This document shows, piece by piece, positions 23,501-36,314 of a stretch of DNA of 64,000 nucleotides; position 1 is the first letter of the stretch, and each line of letters starts with the position of its first letter. A program made the position numbers and the translations under genes. The notes below the pieces were generated by a model. That model searched no databases, was not told the origin of the DNA, and saw nothing but the letters and a program-made list of their open reading frames with translations. Origin of the DNA: Neoechinorhynchus agilis (taxonomy: Eukaryota > Animalia > Acanthocephala); NCBI GenBank assembly GCA_051530055.1, contig CM121343.1, positions 1,334,389-1,398,388 of the forward strand, in the 5' to 3' direction.

Positions 23501-24720
23501 CTACTCTGAAAAATTTGCACCTCTGACCCAGGAATGGATTGAGGACGCAATAGGCCAGGTGGTATTTGGGATAGATTGAAATAGCTGGCTAAGAAAATTT
23601 TGAAGTCGCCTTGATGTAAACAAAAACAACCTACGAAACTTAACTGACGATGATTGGTTGAAAATTACGATACTTGAAATAGAGAACAACGCTCAGATGG
23701 AACTGACGACAATCGCAAATCGTCATATCAAAAAACTACGGAATTTCGCGGAAGGTCATATTTTCGTTTCATCAGATAATGTGACGAATGTGATCAATTG
23801 ATCCGGTATTCTTCTACCAAAGAATGTCTTGGAGTTTCATTCCTTTGGAACTGATTTCATTCTTACTACCAGAGTCAACAGACTTCAGTGCAGAATGAAA
23901 ATGAAAGAGATGGTATATGATTTGTCTAACAAGATTGACAACATACCTTTATGGAAGTTTGAAAGGGGATATACTATGGCGGTCCAAAGGAATAATAGTT
24001 TTCATTGGAATGTAACGAGGAGTATACGCGACGGATCAATTTTGAGAGGGCTGAAATCCCTGCGAGGAACGTAAACCGTAGGGACAGGACTACGATGGAG
24101 GCCATTTTTATTAAACAATTAAACACGTTCACGCATAATAAGGCCGATTACACCCTCCACCTACGCGTTCCGCCTGATATATTCACGAGGGGGGCAAAGG
24201 ATTCAACAGTGACCGTGTGAATGTATTTTAGATTCTGAAGAAGGCCAGCGAGCAGGCCGAAAATTCACGTTGATAAATTACAATCTTTCTTCGCCGAGTC
24301 CTACAATAAATGTGGAACTTATTTTCAGAAGCTGTATCAGGACCTATACGTTACATGTGGCGTAAAGGAGTGTGGTGAATGTGCCAAGTGGAAACTATTG
24401 AATGTAGGTTATCGGGTTGGCACGATTGTTATGTCTAAAGACCATTCGAAAATTGTTAAGCAGGGTAGCTCACAAACAATCCGCGAAGACAGCAAAGGGG
24501 TTGTTTATAAGCAGAAATGGGCGGTGTTACTTGTCCCAAGAATCGAGACGATTACGACAAGACGGGCATGCGATAGATGCGGAAAGTACCATAAGCGTTA
24601 GGAAATGTAAAACAGCGGTTACGGAGCGATTCGACAAAGAAGACGAGGAGAGCCAAATAAAAGTTACTTTTGTCTTCCCCACAAAACAAGAGCTGGTGGC
24701 TAATCAAACTATAACACGAT
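23501..24720 (+). mobile_element. PLE fragments (GIY-YIG C-terminus, pLTR-like segment) inserted into an M1 copy
   Basis: M1 stops at ~23500 and resumes at ~24720. NFERAEIPARNVNRRDRTTMEAIFIK is a PLE endonuclease tail, and KGVVYK occurs at ~24495. Confidence 0.7.
24230..24286 (+). ncRNA. Hammerhead-ribozyme-like motif (type I layout) just after a PLE endonuclease stop codon
   Basis: Stem I agatt/aatct; core CTGAAGA (24235-24241); stem II GGCC/GGCC; GAAA (24259-24262); stem III AATT/AATT around a near-palindromic tcacgttga loop. Confidence 0.65.
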
Positions 24721-25792
24721 TTTAGTTCGGAATAAAGTTAGATGATTTCCGCAGCAATTCCACGGAAAAATTGATTTCCTTCTTACTTCAACCTGAATAT
24801 CTCCTCAGCTTGAAGAGTCGAAATGCTCGAATTCATTTTCAACCACTCGAAAGAGCACACCGACGCCGTTCTAGAAAAATGGTAAAGCGAAAAGCGCACT
24901 CGATTCGACGTTGAGAAAGGAAGCCGTGTAAACACGGAAGAAACACGGTTTTCTTTTGAGGCGTCTATCGAATCGTTTTGTTATCGTCAGAGAATTACCA
25001 AAGTTTCGCGTAATATCTCGCTCGCAGTACAGCGAGGCAATGCTGTTAGCGTGATAGCGACAGCCGAGGAAGGAGAGAAGCTCCAATTTTACGGACGGTG
25101 GTGATTTCACGTTTTGTACTTTATTATGTTATGATTAAAAAATGTTTTCTTTTAAATTTATAATACGTATTTCAGACTGAAGGATTTTCTTAAAATGGAC
25201 TGGTTTTCTTTTTTAAAGATAGAATTATTGAAAAAGTTAATCTTCCTTCAATTCTTATTTCGAATGTCTACGATTGATCGGAAAGCAGAAAGTACTCAAA
25301 ACTATAGAAGGTTTCGAAGAATTTATATTGTAAGACTTGTAAATTTGATGATCGTTATCCAGCCCGATTTCCATCTTCATTGAATAACATGCAAGTTTAA
25401 AACTTCTTAAACCCTTAGGCCACATGTGAGGCCGACTGTAAGGTGCATGTGTCCATCGGCGGCAATGCAAGATGGGAAATACAATGCGAAACAAATGCTC
25501 GGACACGTGCTTTCGCCGAAGACGGCATATGCTCCAAACATTTCATCCTAGGACAATTCGCGAAAAAAACGAAATTTGCTATGGTCACGAAGGCGTTTTA
25601 CGGAAAAGGTGCTGTTGTGGAGACCAAAGAATTCTGGGAAGCATTCAATGCCAAGAAAGCAGAGCATTGTAAGAAAATCAAAGAAGGTATTGATAAATAA
25701 CTAGACGGAGCAATGATCGATTTTCTAGAGTTGTTCTTCGATGAAAAAACTTCGACTTTACCTCGTCTAAGAAAAACATACGAGGGGATTAT

Positions 25793-27048
25793 TGTGGTGA
25801 CTATCGATCCATGTGGACGCATAATTATTGATTTATATGTGTGTACATTTACCGTGGGGTGTGCAGATGTGGGGGTAAAAACATTAAAAATACAACTTAT
25901 GGACAAAACAGAAGAAGTCTCATTCACGACATCTGACGACAAGGGTCTTAGGATCCCAATGGAACGACAAAGTCAACTTTTGGAGGTAATATCGAAATGG
26001 ATATTGTTGAAGGAAGAGAAGGAGTAGGCGAGGGTTCCGGCATTCCGTACGCTTTATGAGCAGGAGCAGAGGTGGGACAACTATGAAGCTCAAATGGAAG
26101 AACACTTTAAGATATATGGCGTAATAGATGCTACCATAAAAAGTGCGTGTTTGTTGTCATGGTTGAGTCCAAAAAGCTACGAGACCGCCAACAAGAGCAG
26201 AGGAGCCAGGCCGATCACGGATTGTGCGTACGAGGAGTTGATTCAAATCATGAGGAAGTTGGATGTAATAGAGGCTCAAGAGGTGATATGCCGATATAAA
26301 TTCTATAATACTAACATGAAAATCGGACAATCCTACAGAGAATCGTTTATTGAATTGTGGGGAGCTTCTAAAGGATGCAATTCCATAAAGCAGTGATAGA
26401 CAATGAGATAACGGCTGCATCATTTCACATTAGAGATATGATCCTGTTCAACACGCCGCACGATGAAGTTCCAAAGAGGGCTCTTCAAGAGCCCAATCTC
26501 ACATTAGATGTGCTCCTTAAGATTTCGACAACGTTCGAATCGACGAATAAGACGATCGAAATGCTGCGACAACCGAATCGACCAGAGATATTTTTCGACG
26601 TTTGAAAAGAGACAGACCCAGTTGAAATGCCCGAATCTTGGCAAGTGGAAGCATTCCAAGTTTTTCTGTGTCATGCAAGAAGTGCCATTTGTTTCAAGTG
26701 TCAGAAGAAGGGGCATTTTGCTCGATGTTGCTGCCTACAAGTTAATGTGTTAAAAAAAGAAGATGACGATATGAAATTAGATAATTCGAGTATCGTAAGC
26801 GATGATGGAATGGAAAACGTGAGCAGCATTAAGTCATTGCGAGGTGTTCGGATCGCGGATACGATTGCAACGCCATGGGAATTTTTCAGGTACAAACGCT
26901 TGCCTTTTGGAATATTAGCAGCCCACGCATAATTATTGATCTATATGTGTTTACATGTACAGTAAGGTGTGCCAGTGTGCAGATGTGGGGGTAAAAACAT
27001 TAAAAAATACAACTAATGGACAAAACAGAAGAAGCCTTATTCACGACA
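25793..27048 (+). mobile_element. Internally deleted Ty3/Gypsy element with ~139-bp LTRs
   Basis: LTR TG..CA at 25793-25931, followed by a degenerate PBS (tctgacgacaagg). Gag at ~26030-26760 (WDNYEAQMEEHF, IRDMILFNTP, CFKCQKKGHFARCC), an RT scrap TPWEFFRYKRLPFG, and a partial second LTR at 26925-27048. Confidence 0.75.
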
Positions 27049-28042
27049 ACTATAATTATTGACCTTGATTTATTTATGCACCGAGCAAGAATACCTGCAA
27101 GAAAGTCGCTATGACACGAAGGTTTACCCAATGACAAGTTACCATCATAAAGGACTAATTAGCGTGGCTCATATGAATGTGGCAGTTGATTTTGGCGTTG
27201 ATTACGGGTCACGTCGGGTGGGAAGTCCATTGATTGGGAATTGGTGGTTATGGTATGTAGTAGATTTTGTGAGGTTGGGCTTTTCCTCCGGTTAATTTCG
27301 TGTCTTGATATCCGTGAAAATTGGGCAGTATAATAGCACGTTTTATTTTGGTCAAAGTAGAGGAATCATGTACCTATGGGTCACCGCGATAAGAAACGCA
27401 AAGCTTCTCAGAATGACTGATCATTTCAGTTCGAGCTTCAAGACTTGTTCGTTGTATCATTTTAGCCGAAGAAAGTTTAGACATGAATTCAGAGTATCTT
27501 AGCCATGCTACTTGTGGTGGAATATCCGCTGTTGTAAACAAAACGACGGATTAATCAAGTCTAGTTCATCCAAGTCATCAACGAACTTTCTCACTGAAGG
27601 TAGACGACAAGGTAACCAGGCCCCGATGACATCCAAAAAATGGCACTGCAAATTCCGATTTAGGATTTAATGAAAATGAAGACAGCTTAGCCCAATCACA
27701 TTTAACATTCGAAGTCGTTACTAAGTAGTACTCACCCGACGAAACCTTAACTGAAAGATTACTATACTGAGCCTGGATTAATTTAGAGAACAAATACGCC
27801 TGAAGATCGGCGGGCATAAAGATGGAGGTGTGGAAATCTTTTCGTTGACGCTCATCATTAATAGAGTCGATCGTCCTCCTGACCAATGAAAGTTTAGGAG
27901 GTTAGCCAAACACATAAAATTGGTGATGACCGTCAAGCTGGCTCCATAGGATGATAATGGAGTGTCTAGGTAAGCAACCACTTTATAGGGACTAAAACTA
28001 CTCATACCAGCAATATCCTCCAGAAAGATAGTCATCAAGAGT

Positions 28043-28531
28043 TCTCTAACTCTGATATCCAATAGCATTTTCATCAACATAATCCAGTTCCAGATCCAGT
28101 ATAAACATCATAAAAGACTTCCTTCATCTTTGATTTCTACGGAATTCACTGAAAAAAGAAAGGGAGGGTTCACGTAGTTATACGAAGAGCATCTCTATAG
28201 CTAATTACAACGTATCAAATGCTTTTACGCTACCCTCTCACACTGTTCTTAAAATCTCGGAACTATTTTTTACAAGAGATTGGTCCGAGATTGTTGATCT
28301 CCGGAGATTCTCACGATGCTTTCTAACTCCATCTCAACATACAGGGAAATCTGTAAATGGCTTCTCTGGAGGCTTACAATCTGTTATCTTAAGAAAATGG
28401 AAACCGAAACTTCTTATACAAAAAGAGAACGGTGATTTTGCCTATCAAGTTCTATCGATGATCAATCCCTTTTATTCACACTTTCTTTCTCTAGGAATGC
28501 ACTTGATCATTGCGAATTTTTATGTTGCACC
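28043..28531 (+). repeat. Direct duplication of 36624-37113
   Basis: Shared tctgatatccaatagcatttt...tttatgttgcacct. It includes the start of a LINE AP-endonuclease-like segment. Confidence 0.88.
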
Positions 28532-29960
28532 TCAAAAAATTTCTTTATTTTTAAAATCAAACGCCAATAAGATTCAGGTATGGAATCAAGTCGTGGTTGG
28601 AGGAGATATTAACTCAAATTTTTTAGCCCCATTTTTTTTAAACTATTATAATTTCATAATCCTGTATTACCGAAATTTCCGTCTTTTCACAATTACCGGA
28701 AAGATTCCCATTAATTTTTAGATTGTTTATTCATTAAGAAATTTCTATTCAATTGACTTTCTACCCCACTCTACAAATGCAGTCTCAACAAATAATGGGA
28801 CACGGTTGTATTGATTTATCTGATTTCTCTCTTAGAAAATTTAATGAACAAATTACCCTATTAAAATTATCTTAGACTCTGCTAACTCATGCTTGGTAAA
28901 GAAAGCTTTTATACGTATAGAATTCAATTCTAAAAATGCTAATTTGATCTACAATTAAGCTCCAATCGCAAATCTTTGTAACATGACAGAAATGTACAAA
29001 TATTATATGTGGCAATTTTACATTATATTATATAACGAGGAATGGGAAATGGACAAGAAAGCTCTTTTTTATGTGAAGCCTACTCTAAACTCGGCTGGAA
29101 CATTATTTTAAAAAAGAAATCCATCAGCTGGAAAGCTAAAGCTGCAAGTTGGGTTGGTTCGGTATCTTATCCTTTGGTCGTTAAATCTACTCTTAACGCT
29201 CATACCTTTAATGCATTTATTAAACCTCCAATTCCCCCCCAGCAAAATATCGCAATAAATCAATATCTTTATTGTCCGGGGAGTAGGAATCACCTCAGTA
29301 ACAAATATTTTAGTTGGAATTTGAGTGAAGAAGAGTTACTAAAGGCTTGGAAATATAATTCATCCCTTGCAAATAATAATTATGCAGTTTCACCTTTTAT
29401 ATTATTCACTAGTGTGAATGAAAAGAACAAATTGCTATTTTTAAAACACTTTAATGGCAAAATCAACATTGATGAATTAATAGAACTACATGTTGTAAAG
29501 AATATCTTCATCTCGAAAAACGAAGCTAAAATCACTAATGCCTCCCATATTTGAATTATTACAATACAAAACCCTGCAATCTCGGTCCTTGAACGAGAAA
29601 TTGAACATAAATTAATGAGTGATCTGTTGAAGAGAAATTCTATTCCAAAATACTTTCACTCTATCAGACGAATTCTAAAAAAACATTTCAAGTTTCAATT
29701 GGACCCCGCAGTCATGTACAACGTATTATTAACATTTATTAGCGGATTGATTTGCTTTTTTGCACGAGGACGTCCCCCAGAACTTAGAATGTTCTTTTTT
29801 AATAAATGCAGAAATAAATTACAAACGATTTGTCGACAATTTAATTTTAGCTCTACTCTCCTCTCAGCACTTTATAGAATTTTTCCAAGGTTTATTTTTT
29901 CCGCTCTAGTAGTCCCCTTTCTAAATATATATTGGACTACAGTAACTTGTTTCTGATTTC
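28300..29960 (+). mobile_element. Degraded LINE ORF2 (AP endonuclease and linker)
   Basis: LIIANFYVAP...VVVGGDINSNF is the APE GDFN motif. 29488-29640 matches the LINE at 38161-38293/39071-39110. Confidence 0.6.
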
Positions 29961-31151
29961 ATGCTCACAGAATACCTCTTTTAGAGATTCCACACTTAGT
30001 AAGAAAAACAATTTTAGGGGGTGATATTTTTAATAATTTACTAGTCTGATTTTGCAAAATGACTGAAAAAGACAAAAATATATGTATGTTTGATTCTCAA
30101 AAGTAATTTTTAGTAAAAGAAGGAGAGTATGGGTATTGAGGAGCTTAGAGATCGCTCAAACTCAGCTCCTACTATCCTTTAGTCTCCTATTTTTCGTTTG
30201 GAGCTCAATAGAGTCGAACTCTCAAGCAATTAATTTTATCTGTATAACAGTACAACAGTATGCATGTGAAATAAATAAAAAAACGCAGACAAATAAGATG
30301 CCGATGAATAGCCGAGTAAAGAATGCTGGTCTTGTTCCAATCTTTATGTTAGACCTCAAATGGCAAGTTTCGGCCTTGTGCAAGGAGGGGTCGTTGTTTG
30401 GCAAATTAAAAGTGTTAACATTCAACCATCAGAAGGCATAACTTATAGTAAAGATGTTCATCATTTACTTTTTATAGCAAATTATAATAATTGATTTATT
30501 TGATAATTTCCGACATTGGTGTAGACCTTCTTCGGTCTATTGCTTGCAAGTTTTTTCAACTATGAATCGTCGACGAGGGTAAGATCCACGAGGCTGTATT
30601 TAACGCTGCTGCAATGTCTCATGGAGAAACAGCAAGAATTAATGGAGATGATGATAAAGCAAATTGTGATTTAAAAGAAAATGGAAACGCTGCGCAAGAC
30701 AGCATGTTACTGGAAATATTTGCTGGGCCAAAATAGAAAGTGTTTCAAATGTAGAAGGATGGGACACTTGGCAGCCTTCGAGTATATAAACATTAAAGCT
30801 GCTCGAAATTGTAACACGTATTAATTTAGTTTCGCTGACTATTTTATTGATCAATATGGCACAACTCAGAGCAAAAGAAACAATCCATTCCAACCAAAAT
30901 ATTCCTTTGTTTGCTAGATTTAAATTGCTCCCTCGCTCGCTCCATTCTGCGACTACATGGCCAACTGTGAATAACCAAAGACGATTTAAGAAACACTCGT
31001 TTGCAGAATTCGCATTCCTGACGCACATCCTTTGGGGTATCATTGCGGTCACTAAATCAATTTTGGTTAATAAAGGATTCTAATTTCAAATGGATGAAAT
31101 TCCCCTACCTCATTATGCAAGAAATTATTTCGACCAATCGAACTTTGTGAT

Positions 31152-34100
31152 ACCGTTCATGAGGATAGAAAATCTCATTTCCCGAAAATACAAGGAGACA
31201 GAAAAGAGGGCGCAAATAAATCGGTCAGACAAGCCGGAATTTTAAGACGAGATTGGCTGAACACACGCGGACCAAGATGCAGAGAAGGGCAGCAGCGTCG
31301 AATGTTGCGTTTAACAAGAACAACTAATGTACCCCTTGTTTGTGGAACTGATGATAAAACCGAAGAGGTACCAAACGTCCGTAATAAAATATTCTCTATC
31401 TGGTGAAGACCTAAATAACAAATTGAATCAATTACCGAGGTAGTTTATATCATTTTGAAAGAATTTTCTCTCTGTAGAAAAGATTTAATAATGATACTTC
31501 TTTTATAGATAAGTAAGAGATTGTCTTTATATATCAACGGCTAACTCGCGTGAAATAGTCCTAAATAACAGGATGTCCATGCCATTAACACTTTTTCGTA
31601 ACCCTTTCATGGTTACTAGATTCCATGGTCATCATTAAGAGTCTTATGGTTATCACTAATATTGAAAAACGGCGGATTTGTTACTACTTTATGGATATTT
31701 TGAATTAAATTGCTGGCTGAATGGCGTAATTTACAAAAACCTTCACTTACCTCTTTAACCCCTTGTGATCACTATTCCAACCAAAATTTCATCGACTGGA
31801 AATGGAAACTTATGAATGTCAGAATTGATGAACTATTTGTACAAAGAACTTTTTAACTAAAAAATTCGCGCTCATACATTTTGTCGAATTCTTGATCTTT
31901 AGTGCAATCAAAAATAATAATATTTTATCCTTTACTTCGCCATTTGTTTATCTCTTAGCGCCTTTAAAAACGCATATTTTCAATATTAATCACAAATGCA
32001 ATTCGATTGACTTTCTTGAAAAATCTATTGTTTCACAAAGAAAACCACTCAATTTTATACTAAATTATTTTCAGTTTATTCTAAGAGGTAAAACATAAAT
32101 CCTTTATTTTAGTTTTTATGGTCCAAAAATCATTCATACTATTGATCTGACGGGTTTTGGATTTTTCTATAAACGATAAGATGAATTTTTGTGATTATTA
32201 CTGGCAAAAGAAAATTTAACACCCATACATAATTGAAATTTACCAATTGATGCCTTATTTTAGCAGCTTGTCGAAGGTGCCAAAAATATACGGCATATCA
32301 ACGGGCTGAAATTTAAGACCGTCTGCTTGAAGGAGGTCATTTTGGAACATTTCATTCAAAATTTTTTTATTGAACCTGAGATCGCAAAATCCTTCTTTTG
32401 AATCCGAAAAGGCTCTCGACTTCGGTCTATAGTTTTGTATTCGATAATAGCACGACATCGAGGCTGCATAATCTCCCTCCATATGAGTTCCGATCGTTTG
32501 ACATAATTAAGTTCCTTACAGCAAAATGCCCGTTGAATGCCAGGATGTCAAATATAAGGAATCGACGAATCTGTGTACCACCACGATATCTTCCACCATC
32601 TCTCCATCAAGCAAAATCTGACGAAAATGATCTGTAGTGCCACGGTTCGTCACAAACGTAAGATTGGTAACTTTGAAGATTGAATTGCGCCTGTCGATCA
32701 TATAAATTTCGTTTTTCTCTCGAATGAAAAACAAGTACCGGGTTCCGTCGGCCTTCTAGCTTACTCGATAATTTAACTGCCGCAATGTTTCAATATTATT
32801 AACTGTCATTGATACCGGCTGGCTACCGATGAATTCTCTTCCATGACTATCTGGAAAAAGTTCTGTAATGTTTTGCCGAACTTCGTCGATTTTACTTTCA
32901 TCATTGTCGTATTTCCCCATGCGAGCTATCCAGAATGGAAGGGTATGGGTTTGGTGTTGGTTCAATGAGTCCCTTTTTGGTTTGAAAACTGACTGTTGCG
33001 TGCTGACTGCAATCCGTTTTCTACATGTTCGTCATTTGCTTTCTGCTTCGATCCATAATTTGTTTTCGTTTCAGTACTCACTACCCCTTTCGTGAGATGA
33101 TTTTGCGCTTCAGTACTGTGGATTCGAGTTATCAAATATTTCGCGAGGAAGTCTTATCTCATCAGTCAACTAAAAAGGTTTTGTCATATATTATTTGGTA
33201 TTGTATGGCTCGGATAAGCGGGCCGCATGTCCGCTCGTACTCCCGGCGTTGTATGGCCTTTTCCATGGACTTTTTATAGGTCACTGACAAGTAGTTTTGA
33301 GCTAAAGTTTGCTTTGTTCTTTTTTATAATGTTGGATGCAGAGATTTGTAAGGCCTCAAGCTTGCATAGGTTCTCCCCAAGTGAATTGGGTTTGCTAAGC
33401 AAAGTATCAGACTACTTTATGAAGAATATACGAGGTATCAATATTAGATGTGATGCAGAACTATTGATAAACACAAACCCAGATCTGACGAGCTCCGTAA
33501 TTGCCTATGATAGCAAAGCTGGAAACCGGAGAACAAGGAAAGACTCCCAATCGGTCATTCTCCTGTAAAACTCCTTCAAAGACAAGTCCCACCTCCATGC
33601 CTCAACATCCGACATCCAGACACCCCAGCAAAGATAGATGCTGGCAAGTGTATGGATCGTTCTTCTTAAATTAATAAAACGTGTTTATATATAAACGATC
33701 TCAATAATTATTACGAGGCCCCTTAAGAAAGTGTCTGCAATAAGGATTTGCAAACCTAACAAAGGAGTATTTTAATGGCGGTGGATGTTGAAGATTATAA
33801 CAACGCGGATTTGCGACTTGTGAGCTGAGATAAATTTAAGGGATGGTCAAAGACTCAACCCAAAACAGAGAGTCCAACTTTAACATTTCCCTTAGGTACC
33901 CATTGAACCCGCCTCCTATAGGCCAACAATTATACAATCCTGTATCTACTTCCGAAGATTAACAAACCCATCATTCAATAACTTCCAATTATACTCAGTT
34001 ATATGTGCTTCGATAACAGTTTATCAAAAAAGATTAATGCTTTGTTAGAATCAATCCTACAAATCTCCGGCTCGTACATTGCCCAACTTTTGTGATCGAG

Positions 34101-36314
34101 ATCAGGAAACTTAACGTCGACCAATACAGGATGTTGAAGGCCGATGGTAACGCCAACTTCACTAATATGCAACAGTCAAAAACGATTGAACTATCGCCTG
34201 ACTTACTTTCTAAACATTGCGATTTTGTTGATATGGTTTATTTAAAAAAGCGATCCATTTATTCAAAGTGTGAATGTTTCAACAACACTGAGAGCATCAA
34301 AATGCGAATTCGCGTTTTAAAGAATGGAATATCTGAGATCTTGAAAGACCGATTAAACAATGCACCACAGTGTTCTCTTCAAAAATGAGGTGAGCACAAC
34401 TAGGGAATATTATCAGGACAGTGGACCCTAAAAACCGATGGTTTATGACGGCAGACATAAAATCATTATTCACCAACATCCCACTCAAAGAAGCGACTAA
34501 ACTAACCGCGAGTTTATTACACGAGAAATGCGAACCCCCTTCCTTAAGTATCGAGGATTGGGTGACACTTATCGATTGTATGTATGCAACGGTACTTTCC
34601 TACGTTGCACCGTAGGTATTAGCCCGTCAGATAGAATTAGACTCCGCAAGGGACCTAAAGTACACGACAGCAGTCCTGTTATGCGGGCAATTCGCGTCTC
34701 TTAAAATCAGGTCATGAGAATGCTCTCAATTAGAGCCCTGAACAGCTCCGAACGGAGTTCATCCGGCAAAGACTCACTGTCAAAGAGTGGCTTAAGTTGC
34801 CCCATTGCTCTCCAAGCTTTAGCTCTCCGTCGGCTGACATCCGCACTCACCTCAGGAACGACAGCTCCCAGATAGACATACCGCTCTATCTGTTTTAATT
34901 GCTAAACGCCATTCGGCCCTTCGCCAGAGACTGTATGCGCGACATGCGGAATCGTCAAGAATTCCGTCTTTTTCGAGTTGATGGTCAAAAGGGCAAGATC
35001 GTTGCTGTGTCGTTTGGAAAAAAGCGCAATTCCTAGGTTTATGCTACGCTTACATGGGATCCTTCGATTTACATGGAACTCCGTTTTAAAATGTAAACTG
35101 ATTGCTATTAAATGAAAACTCTCTCTGAGTATACAAATTCTGACGTTTTACAATTTCTCTAAAACACAAACACAATAACGTTCAAGCAAAATAAAACATT
35201 CTCACAAAACAAAAACTTTTCTAGATTTTACAATTGTTTCATTTTCGCTAAAAAATCAGTCAGCAATTTTAATTCTGAATAAAGTCAGATTATTTCCGCA
35301 TTTCAAAATATTACCGCAGTTCCAAGGAAAAATTGATTTCCTTTTTACTTGAACCTGAATATCTCCTCACCTTGAAAAGTCGAAATGCTCGAATTCATTT
35401 CAATCACCCGAAAGAGCACATCGACGCCGTTCCAGAAAAGTGGTAAAGCGAAAATCGCACTCGATTCGACGTTGAGAAAAGAAGCCGTGTAAACACGAAA
35501 GAAACACGGTTTTCTTTTGAAGCGTCGATCGAATCGTTTTGCTTTCGTCAGTGAATTACCAACGTTTCGCGTAATATTTCGCTCGCAGTACTACGAGGCA
35601 ATGTTGTTGGCGTGACAGCGACAGCCGAGAAAGGAGAGAAGCTCCAATTTTACAGACGGTGGTGATTACACGTTTTGTACTTTATTATGTTATGATTAAA
35701 AAATGTTTTCTTTTAAATTTATAAAACGTATTTCAGACTGAAAGCGTTGCTTACAATGTATAAGATTTTGTATACGATTGACCGGAAAGCAGAAAGTACC
35801 TAAAAATAAAAGTTTGGAAAAAGCCGAATTGTTGGACTGAAATAAGCCGCTAAATTTTATTTCACTAATGATTTTATGAAGTACTAAAGAACCGCAGTCG
35901 CAAAATAAAAATTAAACGTTTTTGATTTTTTTGCTTACACTTCGCACTGAGATACTCATAGAAATTGGCTTTATTTGAGTAACTTTAGTTTGTTCTATAC
36001 TCGGCGATGGACGAACTTTTAAAGATCTTACAGTCGCACATAAATCGATTTATATCGATGTGTATCCTATTATCACACGGCTGTAAATTTTTGGGCACAC
36101 AGCCCCAGCCGTGTGATAATATGCCACACATCGATATAAGTTACCGGCCGGCCAATCTTCATAAAAAATAAATCGATTTCGAAAGTTTTGTCAATTTTGA
36201 TTTGCTTGTGAGTGATCCAGAGCGGCGGTGTGAATGATCTAACGTGTTATACAAACATAATGTTGTCTTGGTTTATTGATTATACTTACTCAATTACGCC
36301 TAAAGTAGACTTAT
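31152..36314. repeat. Right arm of the 5.2-kb inverted repeat
   Basis: Reverse complement of 10088-15257. By eye there are only scattered substitutions and one ~8-nt indel near 34080. Confidence 0.97.
32255..32919 (-). pseudogene. RNGTT: Guanylyltransferase pseudogene, copy B (mirror of A)
   Basis: Same stop and frameshifts as copy A; ITELFPD here versus ITERFPD in A. Confidence 0.9.

Noticed and set aside
10088-36314. Maverick/Polinton or other giant TIR transposon
   Set aside because: No TSD, and no protein-primed polymerase, packaging ATPase, capsid or intact DDE transposase in the spacer. The arms are mosaics of unrelated TE scraps.
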